This document shows, one piece after another, positions 12,401 to 25,100 of a stretch of DNA of 64,000 nucleotides. Position numbers and translations under genes: made by a program. Position 1 is the stretch's first letter; each line of letters opens with the position of its first letter. The DNA lies in assembly GCA_008632985.1 (NCBI GenBank), contig QPGO01000008.1, positions 786,979 to 850,978 on the forward strand. Reading direction: 5' to 3'. Source of the DNA: Psammoneis japonica. Taxonomy: Eukaryota. The notes under the pieces are model-generated. The model did not search any database. It was not told where the DNA came from and was given only the letters and a program-made list of their open reading frames with translations.

Positions 12401-15103
12401 CAAAAACAAAGCACGGCAACATCGTGGGAGTCTTTTGTGTGTCGCCTTCGATTCTCCTGGTTACTTTGAGTCTAATTGTGTGTCGCCTCGAGGCCTCTGT
12501 AGAATCTATGGTACGTGTTTCTCTCGGTGTGGCGACACAGAAAAAGACCCCCATGACAGACACACCTCCCAGTTGTGAAGGGCCCGCTGTTGCAAAGGAG
12601 GGTCTTTGCGGAGATTGGCTCCCGCGCTTTTCACTCCCGTTCGTGATTCGAGGACAAGACACGTGAACGAACTGAAACCGCAACAACATCAGTTTTGCCA
12701 ATCTTTCATGCCGTCAGCAGTCCTGAATGCCTGAAACTTCCGAGACCAGCTCTGGATTGGAGGCTCTCACACACTGCTTGTCATGACCATGATGCAGAAA
12801 GCTCCTTTCACAACAATTCGAAAAAATCATTTGAAGCAACCAGCTGTTTGGGCATCTCACAGCATTCTTTCCAAGCCCGCCTGTTGCCTGAGCTCTGGTG
12901 TCATTGCTGAATGCAAAGTCATCCTCCTGCACAGCAACCTTCGTGCTCTGTGTGTTTGACAAACATTCTGCCTGCTTCTTGGCAGTCAAGAATTCACAGG
13001 AGGTGTGCAACAAGTTGAGAGCAGCTCCTTCAATGAAAAACCCATGGATGCCATCAACCCAAAATGAGGGTTGTGTGAGCTCAGTGTCACCAGTGCAACA
13101 ATGCACAAGGGCACAAAACAGCCAGCTTCTTCTTGCAGAGCCATCAACAAGCTTCTGCCTTGGCTTTGACTGGGTCAAGGCACAACTGCTTTGTGCTGCA
13201 GGAAACCTTGTGGTGCGCCACAGAAGAGCAGCAGTCGACATGGGGGCACTTTGAAGTGGAGTTGAAGGAGACCACATTGTTGCTGACTGAGGGTTTTTCT
13301 GGTGATTTGTGCCTTCTTCTTGACTCTGCACACTAGATGGCAATGCTCCCAGTGTTCACAGAGCTGCCTGCTGTGGTTTGTTGCCGGCAACATTGAATTT
13401 GTGGATGCAACCAGCAAGAGGGAGCACAAGGTTTGTGGAGAGCATGGGCTGGGTCGTCATTGGAATTCTCAACAGTGCTGAGTTCATTGACAAAGATCAT
13501 GTCCATGGCATCTTTGCTGGCTCAGCAGAAGGAGCAGTGTCCTTGAAGGCTTCCGGAGCCAGCGCATCTTTGTCAAATCAAAAGAGCTTGAAGTGCTGCA
13601 CTGCTGTGTGGGTTTTGGGAAGGCTCATTGCTCCAATTTGAAACATGACAATTGGGGCAAGTGGAAGCAGCATCAGGGCATTGAGCAAGACTGCTCAGTT
13701 TGTTGAGCAGAGGCATCAAAGTCACAACAATCTTCTTGGCCTTGCACTGACGTGTCTTGTTTGGATTCTTGCAAGCGTTGGTGGTTTTGCAATGGAGGCA
13801 GTTGCCACATTTCACAATGCTGATGAACATGTCAAGTTTGCCAGAAATGTCCAAAAATGCACCCGTGTTGGCAACAATTGCTTGCACTTGGAGGAAATCT
13901 CTTGAAGCGGGGGGCACAGCAGCTCTGAGAGGGCAGCCAGGTCATGTTGTCAAGGCAGTCTCAGATCAGCTCGTGTGGGTGCTTGTGCCAAATGAGCAGA
14001 TGATCAAGTTGGGTCATTTTGAGAGCCAAGCAGCCATCTCCTCTCCACAGCATTGATGGACAATGTCACAGGGAGCTTGGAATCAACAGGGAAAATGCCA
14101 AGCTTCTGGAGGTGCAAAAAACTGTGAACATCATCTGTCCAAGCATCAGAGTCATGTGTTGAGGGAGTTCATCATTTGAAGCAGTTCCAGGTGTAAAACC
14201 CCTGTTCCCATCCTTGATGAAACACAAAAGTGGGTGGACGCTCACACACTGGACACCAGCAGTGCGCTGTGCACAAAGGCCTTGAGAAGAGATGTCATCA
14301 CACACACGAGCATTTCAGGCAAAAAAAGCTTTCATGCTCTGACCCAACTTGGCAACGAATCCTCACATGTGTCCAGTGCTGTGGGCTGTGGGGTGCAAAG
14401 AGGATGCATGGTGACAGACATGGTCTTTTTGCTTGCATTTGGCAGTGTTTTTAGATCAAACAAGTTGGCAGGGGGGGGAAAGAAGTTGGCAGAGCACCTG
14501 TGAAGGCATGCAAGGGTGGTGCAGAGTTCAGTGCTTGAGCCACAGCTTTCTCAAATTGTGGCCCAAAGAGTCTTGTTTTTGTCTAGAAAAGTGCCAAGAG
14601 GAGCCAATTTTGCAAAAGGATTGTTGGAGATGTCGTCCTGATTGGTGTGTGGCAAAGTGCCGGGATGAAAAAAGTGAAGAGCATCACCAACACAAGCCTG
14701 CACAGTGTCCTTGCTGTCTGAAACTGCTTGCTGGAGCATTGTCATGATCTGCAAAGAAGACAAGGCCCCAAGCACTTCTTCTGGGGTCCACCTGGTGCAC
14801 TGAGGAAGAGTGGTGCAGTGCAAAAGATGAGGCCAATGATGCCACTGACATCCTGGGTGTGCTTGGCTTGAGAGACAATCAGCTCTTGAAGGATCTTCTG
14901 ACAAAAAATCAATGGCACCAGTGCAGAGACACCAGGAGGAGTGAAGCCATCCAGAACATCCACAGGGCCAGAGAGACCAGCAGCATGAAGCTGGTTGAGG
15001 ACAATGTGGGCATTTGCATCAAGTTTTGTGGGGGTCAAAATGGACAGAGATGGTCTTGATCTTAAGAAGATTGTCCTCTTTCTCAATTTTAGTCAGAGGG
15101 CAT

Positions 15104-15379
15104 TGACAGAAATTGAAGGCAAATGGCAAGAATTCAAACAACAACTCCTCACTGCTGTCTAAATGGCAGATGAGTCTCCACTCAGAGACCGTTGCAGGAG
15201 CCGAAAGACGTGCAAGTCGGCACAATCGGGCTGCTGTTGTCATTCTTGTGAGCCTTGTGGCTCGAAAGCAAACTGCATCGCGCGCGAACGCGCGGAACTG
15301 AAGCACACAAAACTGTGCACGGCAAACTAAACAGCGCGCGACATTTCGCGCGCACCTGAATCCTGTTCAAATCCTGTCA
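15104..15379 (-). repeat. 3' LTR of Copia element 1
   Basis: Direct repeat of 21902-22177, same length, differing at 11 dinucleotide sites by manual alignment. Confidence 0.95.
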
Positions 15380-15389
15380 CTCCCCAGTT

Positions 15390-18300
15390 TGCTTGGGGAG
15401 CCACAGAAACAGATTCGACTTTGGATGGAATGAAGTTCCAGAACATGAGGGGGCGGAGAAGGTCCCAGATTTGGGAGCAACCCCAATGCTTGCTGAGAAT
15501 GTCAGCAGGGTTGCGGGAGCCTTCGATGAAGTGGAGCTCAAGGCAACCAGAGGCAATTGCCTCACGCACATGGTGGAACAACAGTGCGGTGTGTCGCTTG
15601 TGTGGCTTGGAGTGCGGGATGGTGGCACTGTCTACAACCGACTTGTTGTCACCGAACATGTGACTGACATTGCGGATCGGGACGCCAAGGTGGCGCAGGG
15701 TGATGCGCAGGTCGACAATCTGCTCGACACAAGTCCTTGCGGCAACAAATTCAGACCCGCAGGTGCAGTCTCCACAGTGGCTTGCTTCTTAGAAAACCAA
15801 TCAGCCGGGAATTTGTTGAGGAAGTGGAGCATTCCCATGACAGAGCGTCCGGTGAGCATGCAATGGTGCAAGTTTGCATCGACGTAGTGGGTGGCAGTGA
15901 CGCACTTGCCAAGGGGCGGTGGAGCGTCCTTCGGGATCATCTCTTCTGCTTCGCCACACATGGAATGCATCCATTCACAGGCCGGAGCAGGGAGATCCGA
16001 ATGGTCGGGCTCTTCCGTGCGAACGCGGAGAGCGCCGTGTCACACATTGGAGAGGTGCCCACAGATGCGTTTGGCACGATCCAAGTGGCCTTGACGGGGC
16101 GCAGCTCGGAAGCTAGAGAGTGACATGACAGCCGTGGTGATGTCAATTCGACCAAGGGACACTGCCCATTGGAGTGAACCAACAAGAGACTGGAACTTGT
16201 GAATGCCATCGGGCCCCAGCAGTTTGGAAGTGTCCAGTTCGGGGTGGTCACCCTTCTCCAGAGGTGACAGGGCGTTGGTGGTGGGTTTCTCCCCAAACAG
16301 TCGGGTGCAGCTGTCGACCATGCGCTCGATGTACTTGCGCGGAGACAGGCACAAGGTGCCGTCGGGATCCTGGGAAAAGTCGCAACCCAGATGGAACTCA
16401 ATGGGTCCCGCACCCTTGAGCTTGAACTTGTGCTTTTCCGTGAGAGTGTCGACAAAGGATTGAGGGTCCTTCATGGCAATGGCGAGGTCATCCACACAAA
16501 TGGCAATGCACTCACAGTGGTCGCCGTTCCTGCGCATCCAAATGTTGGGTTTGGCGCGGCAGGGGAAGAAGCCTTCAGCTTGCAGGCAGTCGGCGAAGCA
16601 CTCGTGCCAGCGGAGACCGGAGCTGCACAGTCCATGCAGGGCCTTGTGGATGACAAGGATGTGTCCTTCGAGTTTGCCAAATTCGGGTCCGGCTGCAATG
16701 TGGAACTTCTCCTTGGTGGTGGCTTCAAGGCAGGCATTGCCAATGTTGGTGGCCCATGTCTCCAACTCGTTGAGTTCGGCCAGGAAAATCATCAGCCGAA
16801 GGCCACGGAGGGAGACCACTCCGGAGTGGACACTGTCGATGGGCACGTCCGTGAGGTGCCCATCGGCTGCGAGTTGTGCCTTGTGGCGACCGTCGTGTTT
16901 CACATCGCACACTGGGTGCACTCGGATCTTCTTGTGTCCTGCAGGAGGAGTGGAAGACTCGAAGGGCCCGCAGTCATGGAAGACTTCGTATTCCCCGAGT
17001 TGGTCCATCTCGAGATTAGTTGCGTCTCCCCATTTGCGGTTGCCGTTGCGTTCGTCCAGTGACATGGCATGTTTGCAGTTCTGGGGAACTTCGCATCTGC
17101 ACTTGTAGCGAGGTGCAGTGTGGAAGGAGTGAAGCTTGGCTTGGTTGGCCATGCGAAACAGCTTCTTCTGGCGCCTCGCGATGATGCGGAACCGCTTCCA
17201 GCCATCAGTGTCGAGAAGTCCATTCTCTTGTGCATGGATGGCGCAGGTGACGGGGTCGTCCTTGGCGATGATGGCAAGAGGCTCGGACGTGATCTCCCCA
17301 CTTTCCCATTCAAGCATGATGTTGTAGCTTGAGCCTTTCCAGGTTGGGTCATGAGGCTTCAGAGGTCCTTCGTGTGACACGATGCGTCGAAATTTCCAAA
17401 CAGCAGTGTCTTCGTCTTCTTGCTCAATGTGATTCATGATGTCGTTGCAGGCAAGGACTTCCTCGCATTCGTCGTTGTTGACAGAGCAGACGAACTTAGT
17501 GAGCTCGGGATTGCCGTTCACTTTCCATTCGTGGTCTTCAATGGCCTTGACGATGCAAGCTCTGTGGCGTTGTCCGTCCTCTTGTGGCTGCATGAGGAAG
17601 GTGCGTCCGATGATGTCTTGCGGATCAAAAACTGGCATCTTTTTTTGTCGTCATGGCGAGATTTGATGATGGGTTCAGGTGGCTCCCCATCAGGAGGATC
17701 AAGACGCAGGTTTCGAATGGCAGGATCGGTGGCAGCGGATCGTACGTTGGACCGGCAGAGGATCTTCTGAGTCTCGTCAGAGAGAATCTTGAAGGTCATC
17801 TGGTGGCCGACGTGCTCAGCAATGCCAACAAAGCGTCCATGCAACTCACGGGATTCGGACAGCCAATCGGAGTCATCAAGGTGGAAGCACACGGGTTCCC
17901 ACCAGTGAAAGCGAAGCAATGGGCTGATGTCAGGGTGGAGCCAGTGAGAGTCTCGAGGGGCGTGTGCCAGTGGAGACGTGGGGACGCTGCATGGTTGAGC
18001 ATGAAGCACACGCACATGAGCGCCAGCAGCCATTGTGGGCAGGCGAACCGAAACGATCCATGACAGTGTTCGCCATGCACTTCACGGTCTGGCATCAACG
18101 CTCGGCAAAGTTCTGGTGTTGCCAGTGAGGCTCACTTTGCCAGCTGGAGATGAAGAGGGCTCGTAGAATCCCGAGCACCTTGTTGCTGATCTCAACTTGA
18201 GCACGGTCGCTGATGAGTTTGGACGGGGCACCATGCTCATGGATCTGATCCTCGAGTGTGTTGACAAACTCTTTGTCCGTCTTGGTGCCGCAGATGTCAG

Positions 18301-20958
18301 TGACGGTAGACTCGGTGCCAACAAACAGTTGGGCGCTGGTGCAACCAGAGTCGACGGCCGGGGTGTCGGCACAAATGGTGTCAGTGGCGACAGGCTCGTT
18401 ACGGCGGTGCACATTAAGGGCGGGGTTGGGTGATTTGTGGGCCTTCCTGAGGTGTGCACCGGCGGGCATGCGGACGTGCTGCGTGGTGCAGTCAAAAGTA
18501 CGACGGACCGCATCGGCAGGTGGGAAGCCAAAGCAAGGCCGAAGAGACTCGAAGGGGGGGTCCTTGGGCTGCACAGTGCGCTCCGGGGGCGGAACGTTGT
18601 CGTCCTTGGGGTCAATCGCGTGTAGATGACACTCGTAGAACACGTCGTCGTTCGGAATGAGGTGATCATCGAGGGCGGACGCGTGATCGGCAGACAAGGA
18701 AGCGGACATGATGGTCTCGTTGACGACGACACGATGACGGTAGTTGCCGCATTCGTCAAATAGGTTGGCAGTGGGATCGTCCTGCAGGTCAGAGATCGCG
18801 TCGTGCCACTGGTCGTCGTCAGTGACAGAGTGATCGAGGACGGAAGGATCCCATGTGTCATCACCGGTGAGGATGACATGGGGCAGGGTGTCCCATTCGG
18901 CATCAGTGTAAGGTCGCATGGCAACACAAGGCAGGCCGCCCTTGATGTCAATGGGGACGACATGGCCACCAGGAGTGGCAACACGTTGCAAGCCATTGGG
19001 CACCTTGACAGAGTGATCGTTGACATCCTGTTTGTGCCATTCGAGCTGGCCGCAGGAATGAATGGTCTTGCCCTTGCCCGTGTGTGCGCACTGATGGAGG
19101 ATGGCGATGATGGGACCACGCTGGGTCTCAATGACGGCACCAGCGGTGACAATGGGGATGTCCACCAATTGATGGTCGTCAATGCCCTGAACGTCGACTT
19201 GGCGAGAGGTGCGTGCAATGACGCGAACGTCGTCGCCAGCAATGCCGCCGTTGGCCCCACGATTGACTGGAGCACCAGTGCGTGTGGAGCGATGAGCAGA
19301 GGCAGAGCAAATGACACGTGGTTGTCAACGTGGCGGCAAGTGCGGCCGTTAAGTTCCATGTCATCGGCAGGAGCTGGCGGGGTAGAGGGAGCGGCGGATG
19401 GCCCCGGTTGACTGGCGTTTGGGGCTTGGTTAGGAGACAACAGACGTTGCAGATCACCGGGTGGCAGTGGCTTGCGCTTGGTGAGGTGCGCCAGGATGGG
19501 ATCATCCGAAGTGGCACCCACATTTGGAGCGGAGTCACCAGAGTCAGCAGGAGTCATGTTGGACAAGTTGACATCACCGTCACTCCCAAGGCATTGGTCG
19601 TGAAGGTTGGCCACAATGGACTCATGGCAGTTGCTGGCTCGCGGGTTGCGGGGAGGCGGACGAGAATGCACAAGGATGATCGCCTTGGAGGAATGGGGCA
19701 ACGAATCCCAAAACCATTGGTGGTCAGGAGGGAGACGTTTCCATTGGTCACCGGTGAGGCTGGGACCACGGGTGTGGGCAGCATTGGCCTGAAGGACGTC
19801 AATGTCACTGTCAATGTCACAGAACACATCGTCGGACGGTTCCTCGGAGCAGACGTCGTGTGCGTGTGTGGCACGTCGGGGAGCTCGAGGTGTCATCTTG
19901 GGTTGAAACGCACTGTCGCATTGGGCCGCCGCGGAGAGGAGCAAGCCACAGCATTGATCGCACGTGAGGCTCTTGCCACTCTGCGTGTGATGCTGATCAG
20001 CTTGGTTCTTGACAGCACAGAGTTCCTCGACAGGGTGTGCGGCATTCTCGAGCATGACGCACTTCTGTCCTTCAGAGAAGTGGTCACTGGCTGGGATGAG
20101 TGCCTCGCACTTGCGCAACTGATCTTGCCAATGAAGGATGAACCCGTGGGTCGGACCTTTCCAAGTGCCATCACCAAGACGTGCAGTGGCAAGGCACGTG
20201 AGCAAGGTGGAGGACTCGACAGATGCGCGGGTGGAGGCAAGCGCATGCTCAGACAAGGCGCGGCAGACGGTCTGGGCATCAGAAGACCCCACATTTTCGC
20301 AAATGAGAGCCTTGCCCTTGTCGGTGAGAAGGATGCGTTCGAAGACGGCGAACATGCACTTTTGCTGTTCAGCAAAGAGCAGTTTGTCTTCGGGGCTGGT
20401 CGGTTTGTACGACGAGTCTAGAATGCACTCGACGTCTTGGGCACGGGCTTGTGCCACAAGTGAGGTGTGCCAAGTGTGCCACTGCTTGTCGGATTTGAGA
20501 GCCGTGAAAGCGGTGGGGTCACGCTTGATGCCTCGCTTGAAGTCTCGCACCGGGTCGCGTGCCTTGGTCGGGTTGGTGACATGCGGAGGTGCGAGGGGTG
20601 AGCTGCCGACAGACACAGAAGACATGCAGTCGGGGCTGAGGCAGCAGGCAAGGAACTCGTCATGCGTGAACAACGAGGAGTCATTGGCAACGTCAAGACC
20701 TTCGTGTGCTTTGACAATGTGCAGACTAACTAGAGCTGCTAACATGTTCTTATAACCGCGGGGCAAAGGGATCACATTGGTGCCGTTGTCGCACTCAAGC
20801 GAGTCGATTTGGGACGGCATGAACGTGAACAGTTCTTGACGCGAGTCCGTGCCGTCTTGGGCCAAAGCCAAACGAAGAGGGCTCCCAGCACCTTGGGCAA
20901 GCATGGTTCCAACAACGTGCTCAAAACCATCGGTTTGTTGCTGACGAGTGAGAACCAT
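15390..20958 (-). pseudogene. gag-pol of Copia element 1 (frameshifted, Tyr->Cys/His)
   Basis: gag DFKRGIKRDP; integrase HRRNEPVATDT...SEPHWQHQNFAER; chromo-like VWKFRRIVSHEG...LEWESGEITSEP; RT DVKHDGRHKA...IGNACLEA...KALHGL...CVDDL; RNase H VDANL...GDNKSVV...NPADILSKHW. Confidence 0.92.
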
Positions 20959-21901
20959 GGTGGACAAAAGTGGTGTCAGGACAAGCAATTCTTGTTGGGA
21001 AGCGAAGGCAGACTTGAGACTTGGGTGAGAATGGACTTGACTTGAAATGGACTTGACTTGAAATCTTGAACTGCCTTAAAATCAGAAGTCGCCGGGCTGT
21101 GCCATCCCGTTCGTTGTCAAGTGCTAAACTTCCCATCCGGTTCACAGAGTTGTGCCGGCACGTCCGAACCCGCAGCCAGCGGCGCTTTGGGTTGCTTGCG
21201 AGTGGAGCAGCGGGTTGCAAACCCCTGCAGGTGAGCTGACCAGAGGTGGACAAGACCCCCGAACCGTTCTTGTTTTGTGTCGGTTGGATTTCCCGATCAG
21301 GCTGGCCAGTTGACGCAGGCACCAGGCGCTGTGGACGAACGAACAAACGCGGGAAAACACCCTCACCCCAACGTGGGCTGCAATCACGGCTGCTTGCTCT
21401 CACAGTCGTCCTCGTGGACCTGGTGGGAACTGTGGAGCACCAGCAGTCTGGGGTGGATCAGGTACAATGGACTCAGTGTGCTTGTAGAGTGGCAGCAAAA
21501 CCGCAGTCCGAAGAGTGGGTACAAGTTTCTTTTTTGGCCGTGAAGATGTGCACATGTGTGCATGTCTTCAGCGACGAAGATCCTTGAACATGTGGGGTTC
21601 TTGACCGTTAACCGATGAATGGGCATGTCAAGGGATGAGGATCAAGGACAGACTTGGACATGACCGTTGATGCATGTCTTCAGCGATCAAAGGTGGCACA
21701 ATCAATCCAGACATCCAGCATCAAGGAGACTTGACGGTGACGTTAAATTCCTGCCGATGCCTGGCATTGAACGCGCGCAGACTTGCCGATGCATGTAGAA
21801 TGTATGCGGAGGTCCACGCAGAATTGAGGTGGCGTCGTCGGTAAATCAGCGACGACGATGGCGGTTGCTCAATGGGTTGACAATGAGCAAGACTGTCAAT
21901 C

Positions 21902-22177
21902 TGACAGAAATTGAAGGCAAATGGCAAGAATTCAAACAATGACTCCTTGCTGCTGTCTAAATGGCAGATGAGTCTCCGCTCAGAGACCGTTGCAGGAGCC
22001 GAAAGACGTGCAAGTCGGTACAATCGGGCTGCTGTTGTTGTTCTTGTGAGCCTTGTGGCTCGAAAGCAAACTACATCGCGCGCGAACGCGCGGAACTAAA
22101 GCACACAAAACTGTGCGCGGTAAACCAAACAGCGCGCGACATTTCGCGCGCACCCAAATCCTGTTCAAATCCTGTCA
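21902..22177 (-). repeat. 5' LTR of Copia element 1
   Basis: Direct repeat of 15104-15379, upstream of gag on the minus strand. Confidence 0.95.
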
Positions 22178-25100
22178 GGCATTGGTCCTGGATCACAAAT
22201 TGAAAATTTGCCATGCACACCAATGGCCCCAAAGCTTGCAATTTTCACACAAAGGACTGGGGCACTGTCAGCCAAAAAAACAACAGAAGCAGCCATTTTA
22301 GACAAAGAAGAAAAGTGCAACAAAGACCACAACCTGTCAGACTGCTGTGTCTGATCAACTCAACAAGATGCTGGGCTGGGACGGCGATGATGACACAGTG
22401 ATGATGATGAAGAGGAAAGTGAGCAGAGGATCTCAGAGAGATCCAGCCACTGTCTGCTGTGTGCCAACATCTGTGCTGCTGCTGTGTGTGTGTGTGCAGC
22501 ACTCCCAACCCAATTGGACAGCCATCACCAAGGTTGCCAGACAAAGCTCCCCATCAACTTTAATTGCAAAGATTTCTGACAGAATCTTTGACAGGGCAGA
22601 GGGCTGGACCCTCCTCTCAAGGCTGTGCCAGCCCTCAGCCCTGCTCTGTGGCCAACTGCCAAAGGTGCAATGCTGCTGATTGCAAACAATGGCACCCCAC
22701 TTGAAGAAGGACATGCACCAAGCAAAAGCAGCAGTGGCTTGATTGCACAGCAGAAAACCTGGTCAACCCATGTTGGTGTGGTGGCTGCTTGCAGCTCTGT
22801 CAATTTGCTTGCTCAGACTGCAAATGCACTGGCACAAGATCACTGCTCAAGACATCCATCTGCACCGGACAAGGTGCTGTGAGTTGGTTTTTTCTTGCTG
22901 CAAATGCATTGCTTGCCACCAAGAAACATGCCATGTTAAAAAGATGTTCTGACACAAGCTGCTTTTGCATCTGCCAGCACATTCCTGAGATCAAGGCTGG
23001 CTCTGTGTGACCTGCTCAAAGCTTTCTTGCTCTGGAACCCTCAAACAAAACAAGGTCATCAATGACAGCAATTGAGCTTGAAAGGATTTCACCAAGCCAC
23101 ACAGCCCCCTTCCACTGGAGAAGCGCTGGTGTCAGCACCAGCCCTGCTTTTGGACAGCAGTGGCTGCCCTGAGTTCCATGCTGCTGATGCTTGGCAGCTT
23201 CCCATCTTGCTGTTGTGACACTGCAATGTCCTGAAGTTGTTCAGAGGAGCTGACTTTTTGAGATGATTGAGTGACATGTGTTGCGTGAACCCACTGTGTC
23301 TGCATGGAGGTCCTCACCAGGGCACAGGCTGCACACCACTGTGTTGTCATTTTTTGTCATCAACTTTGGCAACATCAGAAGCTGTCATGGGCTTGACATT
23401 TGACACACATGCTTGCAATGATGGCTGACACTCAGGCAGAGCAGGCGTGCACACTTGTGATTGTTGTTGCAGCCTGAGGCACTGTGCAGCAAACAGTGTG
23501 GGTCCACTGCAACCATGACATTCTTGGCACTAAAAATCTGATCCACATTGGCAAGAAGCAAAGTGCAAAACAAAGGACAACAATGCCACACTTCCCCATT
23601 TAACAGTCTTCATTTGATGGCTGCACAACCAGCACAAGAGCAAAACAATGAACTGCAGCACACAGCAAACAACAAACAAGCAAAAGGCATCAAAAGAGCT
23701 GGCAAGTCTCAATGAAAGTGAGTTGATGATGCAATGTTGTCTTGCTCTCCAGCACAGCAATTTTTTGGAACATCAAAGCCCTGCTTGCATTGATTGTCTC
23801 TTTGTGCCATCAGCCCAGCTGCTTGAAATGCTTCCTCTGTGTGTGTGTGGTGCACCTGACGTGACGAACGCACAAACCCCAGGTGCAGCTCCACTCAAAG
23901 AAAACAATGGCATCACAGCGCTTGCCGTGCATTTGTTGCAAAACACAATTCAATGCATCCCGGACATGCAAATGGCAACTGGCATTTTCATCAAGTTTCT
24001 GCCACTCAGAAGAACATTGTGAGTGGTGTGTTGCTGGTGCATTGTTTGAGTTCAGAACAATTGGACCAAGCTTGGCGGCAGTTTTCTGCATCCATGTGGC
24101 TGCCGTTGGATGGGTTTGGTGGCAGTTTTTGCATTTTGGAAGGCTGCCATGATGAAGTGCACACAGGAACCAGCAATGACCTTGAAAGCACCAAGTTCCC
24201 ACAAATGCTCTGCAGTCAAAATCATGGTGCCAATTCTGCAAAGAGATGCACAAAAGTGACAGTGATTGAGCAACTCAGCAATGGTCCTGACACAAACAAA
24301 ATCTGGGAAAGTTTTTTCTTTTGCACTCAATTTTTGACTGCAACTTGTCATCTTGCATGATGTGCTTGTTGTCTGCCAAGCCAGAAGCTGTGATTGCCAC
24401 CAAGGATGTGGCTTGCCATTCTTCTGGAACAGATCACACCAGCTCTTGTTTGGCACTCAGTCCACAACTCATGTTGCTTGATGGCATGTTGTCTCTGGGT
24501 GGCACAGGTGTTGCCAGTTGAGCCTGGAGGTTGGGGCAAATCAAGCATTTGTCTTTGGCCTGGAGAGCGCATGTCACTCCTGTGCCTTTGACCACAGGAA
24601 GTTGCCTGTTTGCTTGACCCATCAGGTCACAGCTGTTGAAATGAACAGCAGTGTTCATCTGCAAAGCAGGAAAAGCTTGCCAAGCAGACCATGCCTTTGA
24701 TGGAGTGCAGGGTTTGGGGGGCTCCGTTGCACCAGTGACATGGTGCAGTGAGTCTTCACTCACAGGGAGTGGTGATTTGGCGTGCAGTTAACTCACAAGT
24801 TTTCTTGTCATCTCTGCAGCGGTGTTTTTCACTCAGAAAACAAGCAAAAGCTTGACCTCCACATTCTGATGGTGCTCTTGAGGCAACATCACCCTGTGCA
24901 ACCAGTTTCAATGGCAATTTTTGACATTGGTGTGTCTCAATCTTTTGAAACATGCTTTGAACCTTTGCAACAGAATCAGAAAAAAGCAGTGCCACAAGCT
25001 GGCAGCTGTGATTGAGACTTGCACTTTGACTCTGACCTGCACCTGGCTGGCAGGGACAAAAGCAAAGTTGGCAATGCAGCGCATCATGTGGTTGAGTGCC

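Larger units (their letters stand above)
5134..12573 (+). mobile_element. Putative 7.4 kb DNA transposon flanked by an 8-bp direct repeat TGTGAAGG
   Basis: TGTGAAGG at 5126-5133 and 12574-12581; shared subterminal motif GGCGACACAC/GTGTGTCGCC three times at each end (5243, 5354, 5385; 12437, 12478, 12531); GAGTATTTGAAA at 5167 and 12372; encloses one long transposase-like gene. Terminal inverted repeat is weak, so exact ends are tentative. Confidence 0.65.
15104..22177 (-). mobile_element. Full-length Ty1/Copia LTR retrotransposon (CoDi-like)
   Basis: 276-bp LTRs with TGACAG...CTGTCA ends, 5-bp TSD GGCAT (15099-15103, 22178-22182), purine tract GGGGAG next to the 3' LTR, gag-integrase-RT-RNaseH order. 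Confidence 0.95.
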
